DNA of 64,000 bases from a virus. Shown here in pieces: positions 20,173 through 30,021 of this stretch; positions within the stretch are counted from its first letter, which is position 1, and the number at the start of each line of letters is the position of its first letter. Where the stretch lies: positions 1-64,000 of the IMG/VR virus record IMGVR_UViG_3300003873_000004; one strand, written 5' to 3'. The position numbers and the translations under genes are program-made. The notes under the pieces are model-generated. The model was not told where the DNA came from and ran no database searches. It saw nothing but the letters and a program-made list of their open reading frames with translations.

Positions 20173-21645
20173 ATGGAATTATTTGGATTTAACTCATCTA
20201 AGAAAGAAAAGAAGTTAGCACCGTCTTTTGTTGGGCCTACTGATCATGATGCCACAATAGATATCGTAACAGAAACAAATAGAACAGGTGTCAATTTTGG
20301 TTTCTCGCAAGACGACAAAGAAACTTTCACAAAATCGTCCATCAAAACATATAGAACTATGTCCGACAATTCTGACGTTGGTTCTGCTATCGAAGAAATT
20401 GTAGATGCGGCTATTGTTTCAAACACACGAGATAAGACTGTCTCTATCAATCTTGATGATGTGGATGACTTGTCAGAAAATATCAAAAAGAAAATATCAG
20501 AAGAATTCGAAGAAGCTCTAAAATTATTAAATTTCAATTCAAGCGCAGATGATTTGTTTCGTCAATGGTATATAGACGGAAGAATCCTGTTCCATAAAGT
20601 TACAGACAAGAATAAATCTGGAATTTTAGAACTACGTCCAATTAATCCAACAGAAATCAAAAAAGTTCAAGAAGTTCAGAAGAAACGCAATCAGAATGGC
20701 ATCGATGTTATTTCTGGTGTCGAAGAATATTATCTCTGGGAACCTTCTGATCTAGTTCGCACAAACAAAGCAGTCAAAATTGATCCAGAATCAATTCTAG
20801 TTTCAACATCTGGAATGAGATCAAGCGATAGAAAACATATTGTATCATATCTTCATCAGGCAATCAAGCCTTATAATATGCTCACATCATTAGAAGATTC
20901 GATTGTGGTGTATCGTATCGCGCGTGCTCCAGAACGCAGAGTATTTTATGTGGATGTTGGCAATTTGCCCCCTGCCCGGGCCGATCAGTATATGCGGAAG
21001 ATTATCAATGCCCATAAAAATAAAACGGTTTATGATGCTCGCACAGGTTCAGTGAAAGACAGTAAACATCTAGTTTCGATGTTGGAAAATATTTATCTTC
21101 CAAGGGTCGATGGCAGTCGTGGAACACAAATAGATACGCTCCCAGGCGGACAAGATTTAGGTGAGTTGTCCGATATTTTATACTTTCAAAAGAAGCTATA
21201 CAAAGCGTTACATATTCCAACTTCAAGATTAGATACTGATAATTCTATCATGGCTGTTGGTAGAGCAACAGAAATATCAAGAGACGAGATCAAATTCAAC
21301 TCTTTCATAAATAAGTTACGAACACGTTTTTCTAAATTGTTCTTAGATGTTGTCAAAACTCAGGTCATTATTAAGAAAGTTATGACAGAGGCCGAATGGG
21401 AAGATATTAAGCAAGACATTCGATTTGATTTCAATTCTAATTCTGATTTTGCTGAGAACAAGAAAGCGGAAATTCTAACAGCACGAGTTGAATTACTATC
21501 AAACGTAGTGGATTATGTAGGAAAATATATGTCCATTGATTTTGTTCGTAGAGAAATTTTACAGCAAACTGATGAAGATATAGAAAAAGAAGATAAGAAG
21601 ATGGCAGAAGAAAAGAAAGCCGGACTATACCCAGAGGAGCAATAA
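20173..21645 (+). CDS. gp20: Portal protein
   Basis: WYIDGR, YRIARAPERRVFYVDVGNLP, ISRDEIKF. Confidence 0.95.
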   Translation: MELFGFNSSKKEKKLAPSFVGPTDHDATIDIVTETNRTGVNFGFSQDDKETFTKSSIKTYRTMSDNSDVGSAIEEIVDAAIVSNTRDKTVSINLDDVDDLSENIKKKISEEFEEALKLLNFNSSADDLFRQWYIDGRILFHKVTDKNKSGILELRPINPTEIKKVQEVQKKRNQNGIDVISGVEEYYLWEPSDLVRTNKAVKIDPESILVSTSGMRSSDRKHIVSYLHQAIKPYNMLTSLEDSIVVYRIARAPERRVFYVDVGNLPPARADQYMRKIINAHKNKTVYDARTGSVKDSKHLVSMLENIYLPRVDGSRGTQIDTLPGGQDLGELSDILYFQKKLYKALHIPTSRLDTDNSIMAVGRATEISRDEIKFNSFINKLRTRFSKLFLDVVKTQVIIKKVMTEAEWEDIKQDIRFDFNSNSDFAENKKAEILTARVELLSNVVDYVGKYMSIDFVRREILQQTDEDIEKEDKKMAEEKKAGLYPEEQ

Positions 21646-22176
21646 ATGGAAGAACTAAATTTTGATTCTGCCAGTAACTTTACAGATCAGGTTGCTACAA
21701 TTTTACACGACAAAGCAGTGGCAGCTATTGACGATTTGAAACAAGATATGATGGGACAAGAGATCGAAGAATCAGAAATCGAATTCGACCCCGAAGATAT
21801 GAAAGCAATTATCAAGATTGCTGATTCTGTTGGTGTTGAATATGATATTGACGACAACGATGAAATTGAAATCACTGATGAAGATGAAGACAAAATTGAC
21901 GAATTTCTATCAGCATTAGATGATGCTGATATTGATTACGATATTGAAGACGAAGAAGATGACATTGACGAGGCGGCCGCACCAAAACGTGTTCATACTT
22001 CGGCGGCTGATAAATTAGCACACAAACAAAATTATCGAAAGAATCGTTCCAAGATCAAGATTAAAGCAAAGCGTTATCGTAAGACGGCCCACGCCAAGCG
22101 AATGAAGAAGATTTCGAAGCGTAAAGCCAAACTTGGTAAGACTGCTACTGGTCGCCGCATCATCAAAAGGATTTAA
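21646..22176 (+). CDS. Prohead core protein (acidic gp67-like N-half, basic gp68-like C-half)
   Basis: Position between gp20 and gp21; strong charge polarity. Confidence 0.55.
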   Translation: MEELNFDSASNFTDQVATILHDKAVAAIDDLKQDMMGQEIEESEIEFDPEDMKAIIKIADSVGVEYDIDDNDEIEITDEDEDKIDEFLSALDDADIDYDIEDEEDDIDEAAAPKRVHTSAADKLAHKQNYRKNRSKIKIKAKRYRKTAHAKRMKKISKRKAKLGKTATGRRIIKRI

Positions 22177-22177
22177 T

Positions 22178-22417
22178 ATGATTTCATTTTCAGAATATAT
22201 AACCGAAGGATCGGTCAAAGACCTTCTTATCAAATATGCCGATGCTATCGAACTCATGGGAAAGTTGAAATATGATGACGAAACCGTGATGGATGTTTTA
22301 GCTAAGCTGGCTAAGATCAAGAATCCTCAGAAAGTTGCTGTTGTTCGGATTCTGAAAGCGGCTGACGTAAAAGACACCGATCTCGATAAGATTAGAACTA
22401 AATTTCTAGGAGCATAA
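22178..22417 (+). CDS. Hypothetical head-region protein
   Basis: MISFSEYITE start, similar to T4-like head-targeting N-termini. Confidence 0.55.
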   Translation: MISFSEYITEGSVKDLLIKYADAIELMGKLKYDDETVMDVLAKLAKIKNPQKVAVVRILKAADVKDTDLDKIRTKFLGA

Positions 22418-22421
22418 TTCA

Positions 22422-23042
22422 ATGTTTATTATTACAGAGTTTGATGAATCAAATGAAATTCTTGTCGAAGCAAAAGACAAAGAGCTTTATATTTCTGGTG
22501 TTTTTGCTCAGGCAGAAAAGAAGAATCGTAATGGACGGATTTATCCTACAGCTATTCTCGAACGTGAAGTCAACCTGTACAACGAAAAATATATTAAGAC
22601 TTCCCGAGCGCTTGGTGAACTATCTCATCCTCAGTCTCCTTCGATCAATCCTGATCGAGCGTCACATCTGATCACTGAATTGAAAAAGTCTGGAAATGAT
22701 TTTGTTGGCAAAGCTAGAGTGCTGAATACACCAACAGGTAATATCGTTCGAGGCCTGTTAGAAGGTGGAGTTCGCATTGGTGTTTCTACACGAGGACTTG
22801 GTTCTATTCGTGAAGATAAAGGCACAAAATATGTCAATGAAGATTTCCGATTGATTTGTATTGACGCTGTGACAGACCCATCTGGAATTGATTGCTTTGT
22901 AGATGGTCTTGTAGAATGTGAATCATGGGCTAAAGTTGGTTCAGAAGAAAAGACAGACGTTATTCGTAAAAAGATTCTTCGTGTCAATCGTCGCCACTTA
23001 GAAGAAGAAAAATTGAAAGCGTTTTCTAGCATTTTCTCATGA
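22422..23042 (+). CDS. gp21: Prohead protease
   Basis: NRNGRIYP, ALGELSHP, GVSTRGLGS, DAVTDPS. Confidence 0.95.
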   Translation: MFIITEFDESNEILVEAKDKELYISGVFAQAEKKNRNGRIYPTAILEREVNLYNEKYIKTSRALGELSHPQSPSINPDRASHLITELKKSGNDFVGKARVLNTPTGNIVRGLLEGGVRIGVSTRGLGSIREDKGTKYVNEDFRLICIDAVTDPSGIDCFVDGLVECESWAKVGSEEKTDVIRKKILRVNRRHLEEEKLKAFSSIFS

Positions 23043-23746
23043 TCGAAAGATTAGAAGTAATTTCGACATCGTTATATCAAGCTAGAGCATACGTTTCAAA
23101 GCGTATGGAGAAATTTGGAACTCTGGATGACCAGTTTCCAAACTTCGATGCCAACTATAAATTACTACAGACATGGGCCGGCAAAGGGCATACTCTAAGA
23201 AAGGATATGCCAAGGATTCCTAATCGTCAAGTAAAAGATTTTCAGAAGGCATTAGAAAAAGGTCAGTTCGATCTACACAAGCCGTTCGCTAAATCAACTG
23301 ACCCTAAGAATTTATTTCCTGACGGGTTGACTGGTAATAAAGCCAAAGAGTTCGTCAAAGCGGGTAAACATGACGGTGATGAAAATGATGACAAAATCAA
23401 AACGAGTATTGAGAAAATTGCCGCAGGTAAATTGATTCCAATTCAGCAACAGATTTATCTTGATGCCGCTTTTGGTGATAAAATTACAACATCAGGAATC
23501 GAAGGGTTCTTGAAGATCGTTAAGAAAACAAAATTGATCGCATCAAAAGATCATTATTTGATTGATGGTCACCATAGAACCGCGACGTCTATTCTGATTG
23601 ACCCAAAGATGAAATTGAATGTTCTAGTTGTTGATATGCCAGCCGTATCGTTGTTGAAATTGTCAAGAGCCTATGGTGCTGCAAGAGGCAATAAACCCAA
23701 TGAATCTACAATATTATCGTTCAAGCAATATTTGAACATTTACTAA
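23039..23746 (+). CDS. ParB/Srx-like domain protein
   Basis: LIPIQQQIY and SKDHYLIDGHHR motifs. Confidence 0.6.
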   Translation: MIERLEVISTSLYQARAYVSKRMEKFGTLDDQFPNFDANYKLLQTWAGKGHTLRKDMPRIPNRQVKDFQKALEKGQFDLHKPFAKSTDPKNLFPDGLTGNKAKEFVKAGKHDGDENDDKIKTSIEKIAAGKLIPIQQQIYLDAAFGDKITTSGIEGFLKIVKKTKLIASKDHYLIDGHHRTATSILIDPKMKLNVLVVDMPAVSLLKLSRAYGAARGNKPNESTILSFKQYLNIY

Positions 23747-23779
23747 ATGCTAAATAAAACAAAACAAAGGAGTAACTAT

Positions 23780-24664
23780 ATGAAATTCGTATGTCAGAAG
23801 TGTGAATCTGAAATGGATTTACGCGAGGACAAACATGTTTGTCCAGATTGTGATTTCGAATTGTCGCTCGATGAAGCAACAAAGCTGTTTGAAGATGGCG
23901 AAATTGTAGGAATCGTTGACGAATCAGAAATCAAGGAAGGTTTAGATGAAGATACTGTTGTATCTAATCTTGACGAAGATATTGCGGCATTGGTAGAAGG
24001 CGAAGATTTATCTGAAGCATTCGTAGCCAAAGCTAAGACTATTTTCGAAGCGGCTGTTTCTACTCGCGTAGATGAACAGAAAGCAATCATTCAAGAACAG
24101 GCAGAAGACTACGCTGAATATGTCAAGGAAGAAACTGAAAAAGAGCTGATCGAAAAAGTAGACGGCTATCTTGATCATGTTGTTTCCGAATGGATTGAAG
24201 AAAATAAACTAGCAATCGAATCAGGAATCAAATCCGAAATGAACGAATCATTCGCGGATGGTATTGCCGAATTGCTCAAGACTCACTATATCAAAGCACC
24301 AGAAGATCGCTGGGATATTGTTGAAGGTCTGGCAGACAAAGTGGAATCACTTGAAGCCAAACTGGATGAAGAAATCGAAATCAACATCGAAGCTAAGAAG
24401 AAAATTCTCGAAGCTAAGAAAACGGTGAAATTCGCTGAACTCTCAGAAGGTTTGACTGATACACAGATTGAAAAACTAGAAAAACTAGCGGAGAACGTAG
24501 ACGCCGATTCAGTAGAAGATTATGCTGAAAAAGTAACTACGCTCAAAGAAAGTTATTTCAAAGATTCAAAGTCTGATGAAAAACTAGATGAAGAAGTAGA
24601 TGATAAACCCAAAGACAAGTACGACCTGTCCGAAGTTGTTCGTATGCTTTCCACCGATATGTGA
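23780..24664 (+). CDS. gp22: Prohead scaffold protein with N-terminal CxxC-CxxC
   Basis: LSEAF..KAKTIFEAAV, YLDHVVSEWIEENKLAIE, LKESYF; SD aggag before ATG 23780. Confidence 0.9.
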   Translation: MKFVCQKCESEMDLREDKHVCPDCDFELSLDEATKLFEDGEIVGIVDESEIKEGLDEDTVVSNLDEDIAALVEGEDLSEAFVAKAKTIFEAAVSTRVDEQKAIIQEQAEDYAEYVKEETEKELIEKVDGYLDHVVSEWIEENKLAIESGIKSEMNESFADGIAELLKTHYIKAPEDRWDIVEGLADKVESLEAKLDEEIEINIEAKKKILEAKKTVKFAELSEGLTDTQIEKLEKLAENVDADSVEDYAEKVTTLKESYFKDSKSDEKLDEEVDDKPKDKYDLSEVVRMLSTDM

Positions 24665-24724
24665 GCAAAAACGTAACTTTGCTAAATAAATAAAATACTT
24701 TTTAATATAAAGGAGAAACACAAC

Positions 24725-26008
24725 ATGACAACCAAAGCTCTATTGTCAGAAGAAGTAAAAGAAAAGTGGAAGGGCGTACTGGAAGCGGAAGGCGTAGCAC
24801 CAATTACCGACCGTAACATTCGCAATACCACTACAATCGTATTGGAAAATACAGCTCGCGAAACCATGAGTGAAGCTGCTAATACGTCAACCGCATTTGG
24901 CGCGGCTGCTCCTACAGATGGTACTTTCAACCCTGTACTAATCTCAATGATTCGACGCACAATGCCTTCACTGATCGCTCATGATCTAGTTGGCGTACAG
25001 CCTATGTCCATGCCTACTGGTTTGATTTTCGCAATGAAATCTTACTACGGCGGTGCCGGTTCAAACGGTGGTACAGCTACAGAAGCATTTGCTCTAAACG
25101 CTCCAGATAACACCTTTACTGGTGATGGTACTGGCGCTGCTGCTACTACTGCTGCTGGCGAAGTTCTTGGAACTAATGGTCAGGCGGGTGTTACTGCTGC
25201 TCAGGCTGCTGGTACTGCGGCATTCAATGCTCCAGTTACAGGTGCTAATCCTTGGCCAGAAATGAGCTTCGAGATTCAGAAAGTATCCGTTGAAGCTAAG
25301 ACTCGTAAGCTAAAAGCAAAATATACTCTGGAACTAGCACAGGATTTGAAAGCTATCCACGGACTAGATGCTGAGGCAGAACTTTCAAACATCTTATCCA
25401 CAGAAGTAATCGGTGAAATCAACCGCGAACTTGTTGGTACTATCACTTCGCAGGCCAAAGTTGGCGCTGTTGGTACTGCTGTTGCCGGTACATTCAACTT
25501 GGCTGTACTAGGCGACGCAGATGGGCGCTGGGAAATGGAAAAATATAAGAATCTGTATATGCAGATTGTTAAGGAAGCAACTCAGATTGCGCTTGATACC
25601 CGTCGCGGTGTTGGTAATACTTTGATTGTATCTCCGCTAGTAGCTGCTGCGCTTGAACAGGTTACTACTTTGAAGAATACATTGTCCGACGTTCCCGGTA
25701 GCATGAATACTCAGGATTTCTTGGGTGTCACTTATGCTGGTGTACTAGGTAATCGTTTCAAGATTTTCATCGATCCATATGCTGTTGGTAATTCTGTTAT
25801 TGTCGGTTATAAGGGCGCAAACGTGTATGACGCTGGTATCTACTATGCTCCATACGTAGGATTACAGTTCTTGAAAACGGTTGGCTCTGACGACTTTCAA
25901 CCAAGGGTTGGGATCGCGTCACGTTATGGCCTAACCACCAATCCATTCTTCACCGGTGCTGCTGGTACTAATGGTTATTATCGCAGATTTGCTGTAGCTG
26001 GTATTTAA
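24725..26008 (+). CDS. gp23: Major capsid protein
   Basis: PVLISMIRR, GVQPMSMPTGLIFAM, ELAQDLKAIHGLDAEAELSNILSTE, DAGIYYAPY. Confidence 0.97.
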   Translation: MTTKALLSEEVKEKWKGVLEAEGVAPITDRNIRNTTTIVLENTARETMSEAANTSTAFGAAAPTDGTFNPVLISMIRRTMPSLIAHDLVGVQPMSMPTGLIFAMKSYYGGAGSNGGTATEAFALNAPDNTFTGDGTGAAATTAAGEVLGTNGQAGVTAAQAAGTAAFNAPVTGANPWPEMSFEIQKVSVEAKTRKLKAKYTLELAQDLKAIHGLDAEAELSNILSTEVIGEINRELVGTITSQAKVGAVGTAVAGTFNLAVLGDADGRWEMEKYKNLYMQIVKEATQIALDTRRGVGNTLIVSPLVAAALEQVTTLKNTLSDVPGSMNTQDFLGVTYAGVLGNRFKIFIDPYAVGNSVIVGYKGANVYDAGIYYAPYVGLQFLKTVGSDDFQPRVGIASRYGLTTNPFFTGAAGTNGYYRRFAVAGI

Positions 26009-26040
26009 TTATACCTAAGCAGTAACAAACGCTAAATCGA

Positions 26041-26070
26041 AAGGGCGGCCAGCAATGGCTGCCCTTTTTC
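26041..26070 (+). terminator. Rho-independent terminator after gp23
   Basis: aagggcggcca-gcaa-tggctgccctt followed by a T run. Confidence 0.9.
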
Positions 26071-26087
26071 TTTGTCTAAAATTTGTC

Positions 26088-26116
26088 TTGACTTATTGAC
26101 GAGTTTAATATAGAAT
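26088..26116 (+). promoter_or_regulatory. Sigma70-type promoter upstream of the late promoter at 26133
   Basis: TTGACT-N17-TAGAAT. Confidence 0.6.
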
Positions 26117-26208
26117 GAAAATTATGAATTTGCTAAATAGATATAACAAAGCCTCAAAGTGCGCTAACACTTCAAGGCTTCTAATCAATCAGCAGGAGAC
26201 ACTGCCAA

Positions 26209-27849
26209 ATGACTGAATCTATTTATGATCAAAATTTAATTGATTTCTGTTTAGATCACAAACACAAAAAAGCAAAAACTATAGAAAAGAGTACGATGTT
26301 CGAGACTCTATTGAAAGCTACGTCGTGGCTTGATAGTCAGCATCCGAACACAAAAGACAGAATATGGATGGTATCGTACAACATTACAAAAATACCAAAA
26401 TGCCCTATTTGTAACAATGATAACATTTTGTCAAAAGACAAAGGCCGACACCGTTTTAGTAAATTCTGTTCAGAAAAATGTAAAGATATATTTCGTTCGA
26501 AACTTAATCCATTATTGAACGACAAGTCGTGGCTTTACGAACAGCGCATAACAAAGCATAGATCATATGAAGAAATTGCCAGAGAGTTAGATGTTAGAAT
26601 GCCAAGATTAAAACTGGCTCTTGAACGGTTTAATATACCAACGGAAAACCAAAAGCAAAAGATATTTGACGAAGATATTTTATCAATAATAAACAACAAA
26701 GACAGACTTGTTGATTTATACAAAAATCATACAATCAAGGAAATGGCAAAATTGATTGGAGTAGGTCATTCTTGTATAATAGAACGATTAGAAACTTTGG
26801 GAATTGATAGGAAAGCCAATTCTTATTGGTCTAGCCGCAGAGGTTCTTTGTTGACCAATAGCGCGAAATTGCTGGCTCTTCACAAAACAATGACTGTTGT
26901 CGAAATATCGAAGTTGCTTCATGTTACTGTAGATCACGTAAGGGGAAAGATAACTCAATATGAAATAGAAGAAGGTTTACGAGGGCCTAAGAAAAATCCG
27001 GGCAGAAGTTATGGGGAAATAAGTGTATTTGAATATATTATTTCGCTTATTCCCGAGGCAACTCACTCGAACCGGTCAATTTTAAACCACAAAGAAATCG
27101 ACATTTTAGTTGAATCGAAAAAGATTGGCTTTGAATACAACGGGCTATATTATCATTCTGAACTAAACAAAGATAAAGATTTTCATGTTAACAAAACGGC
27201 GCTGGCCGCCGAGAAGGGTTATACACTATTTCACATCTGGGAAGACGATTGGGTTTTTAATGAGAAAATTTGGAAGTCCAGAATAGCCAATCTGCTAGGT
27301 AAAACAGAACATAAAATATTCGCCAGAAAAACAAAGATTGTAGAATTACCAGCAAAAGAGAAAAATATATTTTTAGACAGCAATCATTTACAAGGTTCAG
27401 ATAGATCAACATGGAAATATGGTCTTATGAACGAAGGTATTTTAGTAGCGGTTATGACTTTCTCAAAATCATCAAAATACAACTATACTTTGTCGAGATT
27501 TGCTTGTTTACTGAACACGGCAATTGTCGGTGGGTTCTCTAAATTGCTAGCCCACTTTAGAAAAGAACATCAAGGAAGTATTGTTTCGTATGCTGATTTG
27601 TCCTACTCGAATGGTGATGTGTACAAGACTAATGGTTTTAAAGAAGAAGCACATTACACAGGAAATTACTGGTATCATTCCGGCGGAAATACAGGCAAAA
27701 GAATAGATAGAAGAAATTTTCAAAAGGATAATCTAAGAAAGAATTTTCCCAATTTTGATTTCAAAACAAATACAGAGTTAGAAATGGCACACGAACTTGG
27801 TTATTACAGAGTATATGGCGCAGGCTCAAAGACTTTCGTCTTATGCTAA
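26209..27849 (+). CDS. Hef/Vsr-like putative homing endonuclease
   Basis: CPIC/FCSEKC, HTH-like repeats, EIDI....IGFEYNGLYYHS, LFHIWEDDW, C-terminal GGFSKLL/IVSYAD domain. Confidence 0.8.
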   Translation: MTESIYDQNLIDFCLDHKHKKAKTIEKSTMFETLLKATSWLDSQHPNTKDRIWMVSYNITKIPKCPICNNDNILSKDKGRHRFSKFCSEKCKDIFRSKLNPLLNDKSWLYEQRITKHRSYEEIARELDVRMPRLKLALERFNIPTENQKQKIFDEDILSIINNKDRLVDLYKNHTIKEMAKLIGVGHSCIIERLETLGIDRKANSYWSSRRGSLLTNSAKLLALHKTMTVVEISKLLHVTVDHVRGKITQYEIEEGLRGPKKNPGRSYGEISVFEYIISLIPEATHSNRSILNHKEIDILVESKKIGFEYNGLYYHSELNKDKDFHVNKTALAAEKGYTLFHIWEDDWVFNEKIWKSRIANLLGKTEHKIFARKTKIVELPAKEKNIFLDSNHLQGSDRSTWKYGLMNEGILVAVMTFSKSSKYNYTLSRFACLLNTAIVGGFSKLLAHFRKEHQGSIVSYADLSYSNGDVYKTNGFKEEAHYTGNYWYHSGGNTGKRIDRRNFQKDNLRKNFPNFDFKTNTELEMAHELGYYRVYGAGSKTFVLC

Positions 27850-27912
27850 ATAGATGTATGGTTCACGAAGTATCAGCTTCCAACCATTCTAAAACTATAG
27901 AGGAGTTTCAGC

Positions 27913-29397
27913 ATGCCAATTATTTATGATCAAGATTTGTACGAGTTTTGCGTAGAAAACAGAAATAAATCAGCAAACAAAATAGTGAGGCATCCGCTAA
28001 GGCCGAAACTCATTGAAGAAACTTCCATATTAAATGTATTGAACCCATGTCTGAAAGATAGAATTATGTTTGTCGCAGAAAACAGAGACAGTATTCCAAA
28101 ATGTCCAATTTGTGACAAAGATTTGCCGTTAGTTAGTCATCATTACAAGTTTGCGGAAGTATGTTCCGACAAATGTCGATCAATAGCGTCAGCAAAATAT
28201 CATGAAAAAATGGATGATCGAGATTGGTTATATGAGCAAAGAATAAATCTTGAGAGATCGTACGAATCTATTGCTGAAGAAATGAATATACCTGCGGTCT
28301 CTTTAAAAAAACAACTCAAAAAGTATGAAATTCCAGAGAGAAATTACAACGGGGACAGATATTTCGAAGTTCAGTCGATTTTATCAAATCGAGATTTTTT
28401 GTATGACTTATCCGAAAAAATGTCGGCGGCTGATATAGCGAAAAAACTAGAGTGTAACTCCGATATTGTTCTAAAATATTACAAAATTCATGGAATCGAA
28501 ACTAAGCCATGTAATAGTTGGCCTAGAAAATTTGTGAAAAGAAGTGCGGGCGAACTAGAAGTCCAAGCGTTCGTTGAAAGTTTTTACGACGGCGAAATAA
28601 AATCATCAGATCGATCAATCTTAGGTGGGTGCGAAATAGACATTTTGCTCCCAGAACTCAATGTAGGTTTCGAATTCAATGGCGTGTATTATCATTCAGA
28701 AATATTTAAGGAACGATTATTTCATTATAACAAAACCACCAAAGCAAAAGAAAAGGGGGTTGATCTATATCACATTTTCGAAGATGACTGGAAATACAAA
28801 AAGGATATTTGGAAATCAAGAATCAAAAGTTTGATGGGATTATCAGAAAGAAGGTTATACGCTAGAAAGTGTAAAACAAAAGAAATAGATGTCACAACAA
28901 AAAACGAATTTCTGAATCTTGCTCATCTACAGAAAAAAGATAGTTCAAAATACAAATATGGACTATTCTTTGAAGATGAGTTGGTGGCTGTTATGACATT
29001 TAGAGAAAACCCAAAATATGGTTTCGAATTGTTGAGATTTGCGTGCTTGAAAGGAACGTCTATCGTCGGTGGATTTTCAAAGTTGCTTGCGGCATTTAGA
29101 AGAGAACACGCTGGCGGTATTGTTTCTTATGCTGATTTAGCTTACTCCAATGGTGATGTGTATAGAAAAAACGGATTTGTTTCTATTGCTGTGAACAAAG
29201 CCAATTACACATACGTTAATGCCAACAAACTTCATCGAATCAATCGAAGATCATTTCAAAAGAATAATCTTAGGAAGAAATATCCCGATTTTGATTTCAA
29301 GACAAACACGGAACTGGGAATGGCACATGAATTGGGATTCTATCGTATTTGTGGAGTGGGGACTGAAACTTTCGTTTTATCTGACTATGACTTGTAA
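27913..29397 (+). CDS. Hef/Vsr-like putative homing endonuclease, tandem paralog of 26209-27849
   Basis: Same motif series: VGFEFNGVYYHS, YHIFEDDW, IVGGFSKLL, IVSYADLAYSNGDVY. Confidence 0.8.
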   Translation: MPIIYDQDLYEFCVENRNKSANKIVRHPLRPKLIEETSILNVLNPCLKDRIMFVAENRDSIPKCPICDKDLPLVSHHYKFAEVCSDKCRSIASAKYHEKMDDRDWLYEQRINLERSYESIAEEMNIPAVSLKKQLKKYEIPERNYNGDRYFEVQSILSNRDFLYDLSEKMSAADIAKKLECNSDIVLKYYKIHGIETKPCNSWPRKFVKRSAGELEVQAFVESFYDGEIKSSDRSILGGCEIDILLPELNVGFEFNGVYYHSEIFKERLFHYNKTTKAKEKGVDLYHIFEDDWKYKKDIWKSRIKSLMGLSERRLYARKCKTKEIDVTTKNEFLNLAHLQKKDSSKYKYGLFFEDELVAVMTFRENPKYGFELLRFACLKGTSIVGGFSKLLAAFRREHAGGIVSYADLAYSNGDVYRKNGFVSIAVNKANYTYVNANKLHRINRRSFQKNNLRKKYPDFDFKTNTELGMAHELGFYRICGVGTETFVLSDYDL

Positions 29398-29475
29398 ACG
29401 CTTAAACTACATCTATTACGCTCCACTTCACCTCTAACAGTATTTCAAGCATATTATTTGTAGCTAAATACTATC

Positions 29476-30021
29476 ATGAAAACAATCAAACTACTACTAG
29501 CATGCGCCACAGGCATCGTACTTCTACCATTCATTTTATTATTCACTAATTTCAATTCCAAAAAGTTGAAATTTCTGGATTCTATTTTTGGTAATACACA
29601 AGATGGAACAGGTTACGATTTTCTCAAAAATCCATGGATCACTATGCCGTCTAACGCGTTCACGCGGAAATTTCCAAGATATTACTGGTTGGCTATTAGA
29701 AATCCAGCGCACAATTTAGGCTGGTCGTATGGCGCTAATGGTATTATTCAAAGCGTATGGCGCAACAAAGACATGGAACATGAACTCGGAACATTTAGAT
29801 CAAAAATGACAATTGATGGTGTCGAACATAAATTTTACTACAGTATCAAAAAGATCGGGCCAAAATATCTAAGGATCGCTTATGGCCCGAAGTTGTGGGC
29901 TAAAAATCCTAAACCAATTATGGATTCAAATGGTTCAGGTCATCGGGACTTCTGGAAAGTTGGTGATGAAATTCACGAAGGATTTGCTTTGTCTATTGCT
30001 ATTAGAAGTTCTATCACATGA
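29476..30021 (+). CDS. Hypothetical late protein
   Basis: CTAAATA-N5-ATG; YYWLAIRNPAHN motif. Confidence 0.6.
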   Translation: MKTIKLLLACATGIVLLPFILLFTNFNSKKLKFLDSIFGNTQDGTGYDFLKNPWITMPSNAFTRKFPRYYWLAIRNPAHNLGWSYGANGIIQSVWRNKDMEHELGTFRSKMTIDGVEHKFYYSIKKIGPKYLRIAYGPKLWAKNPKPIMDSNGSGHRDFWKVGDEIHEGFALSIAIRSSIT

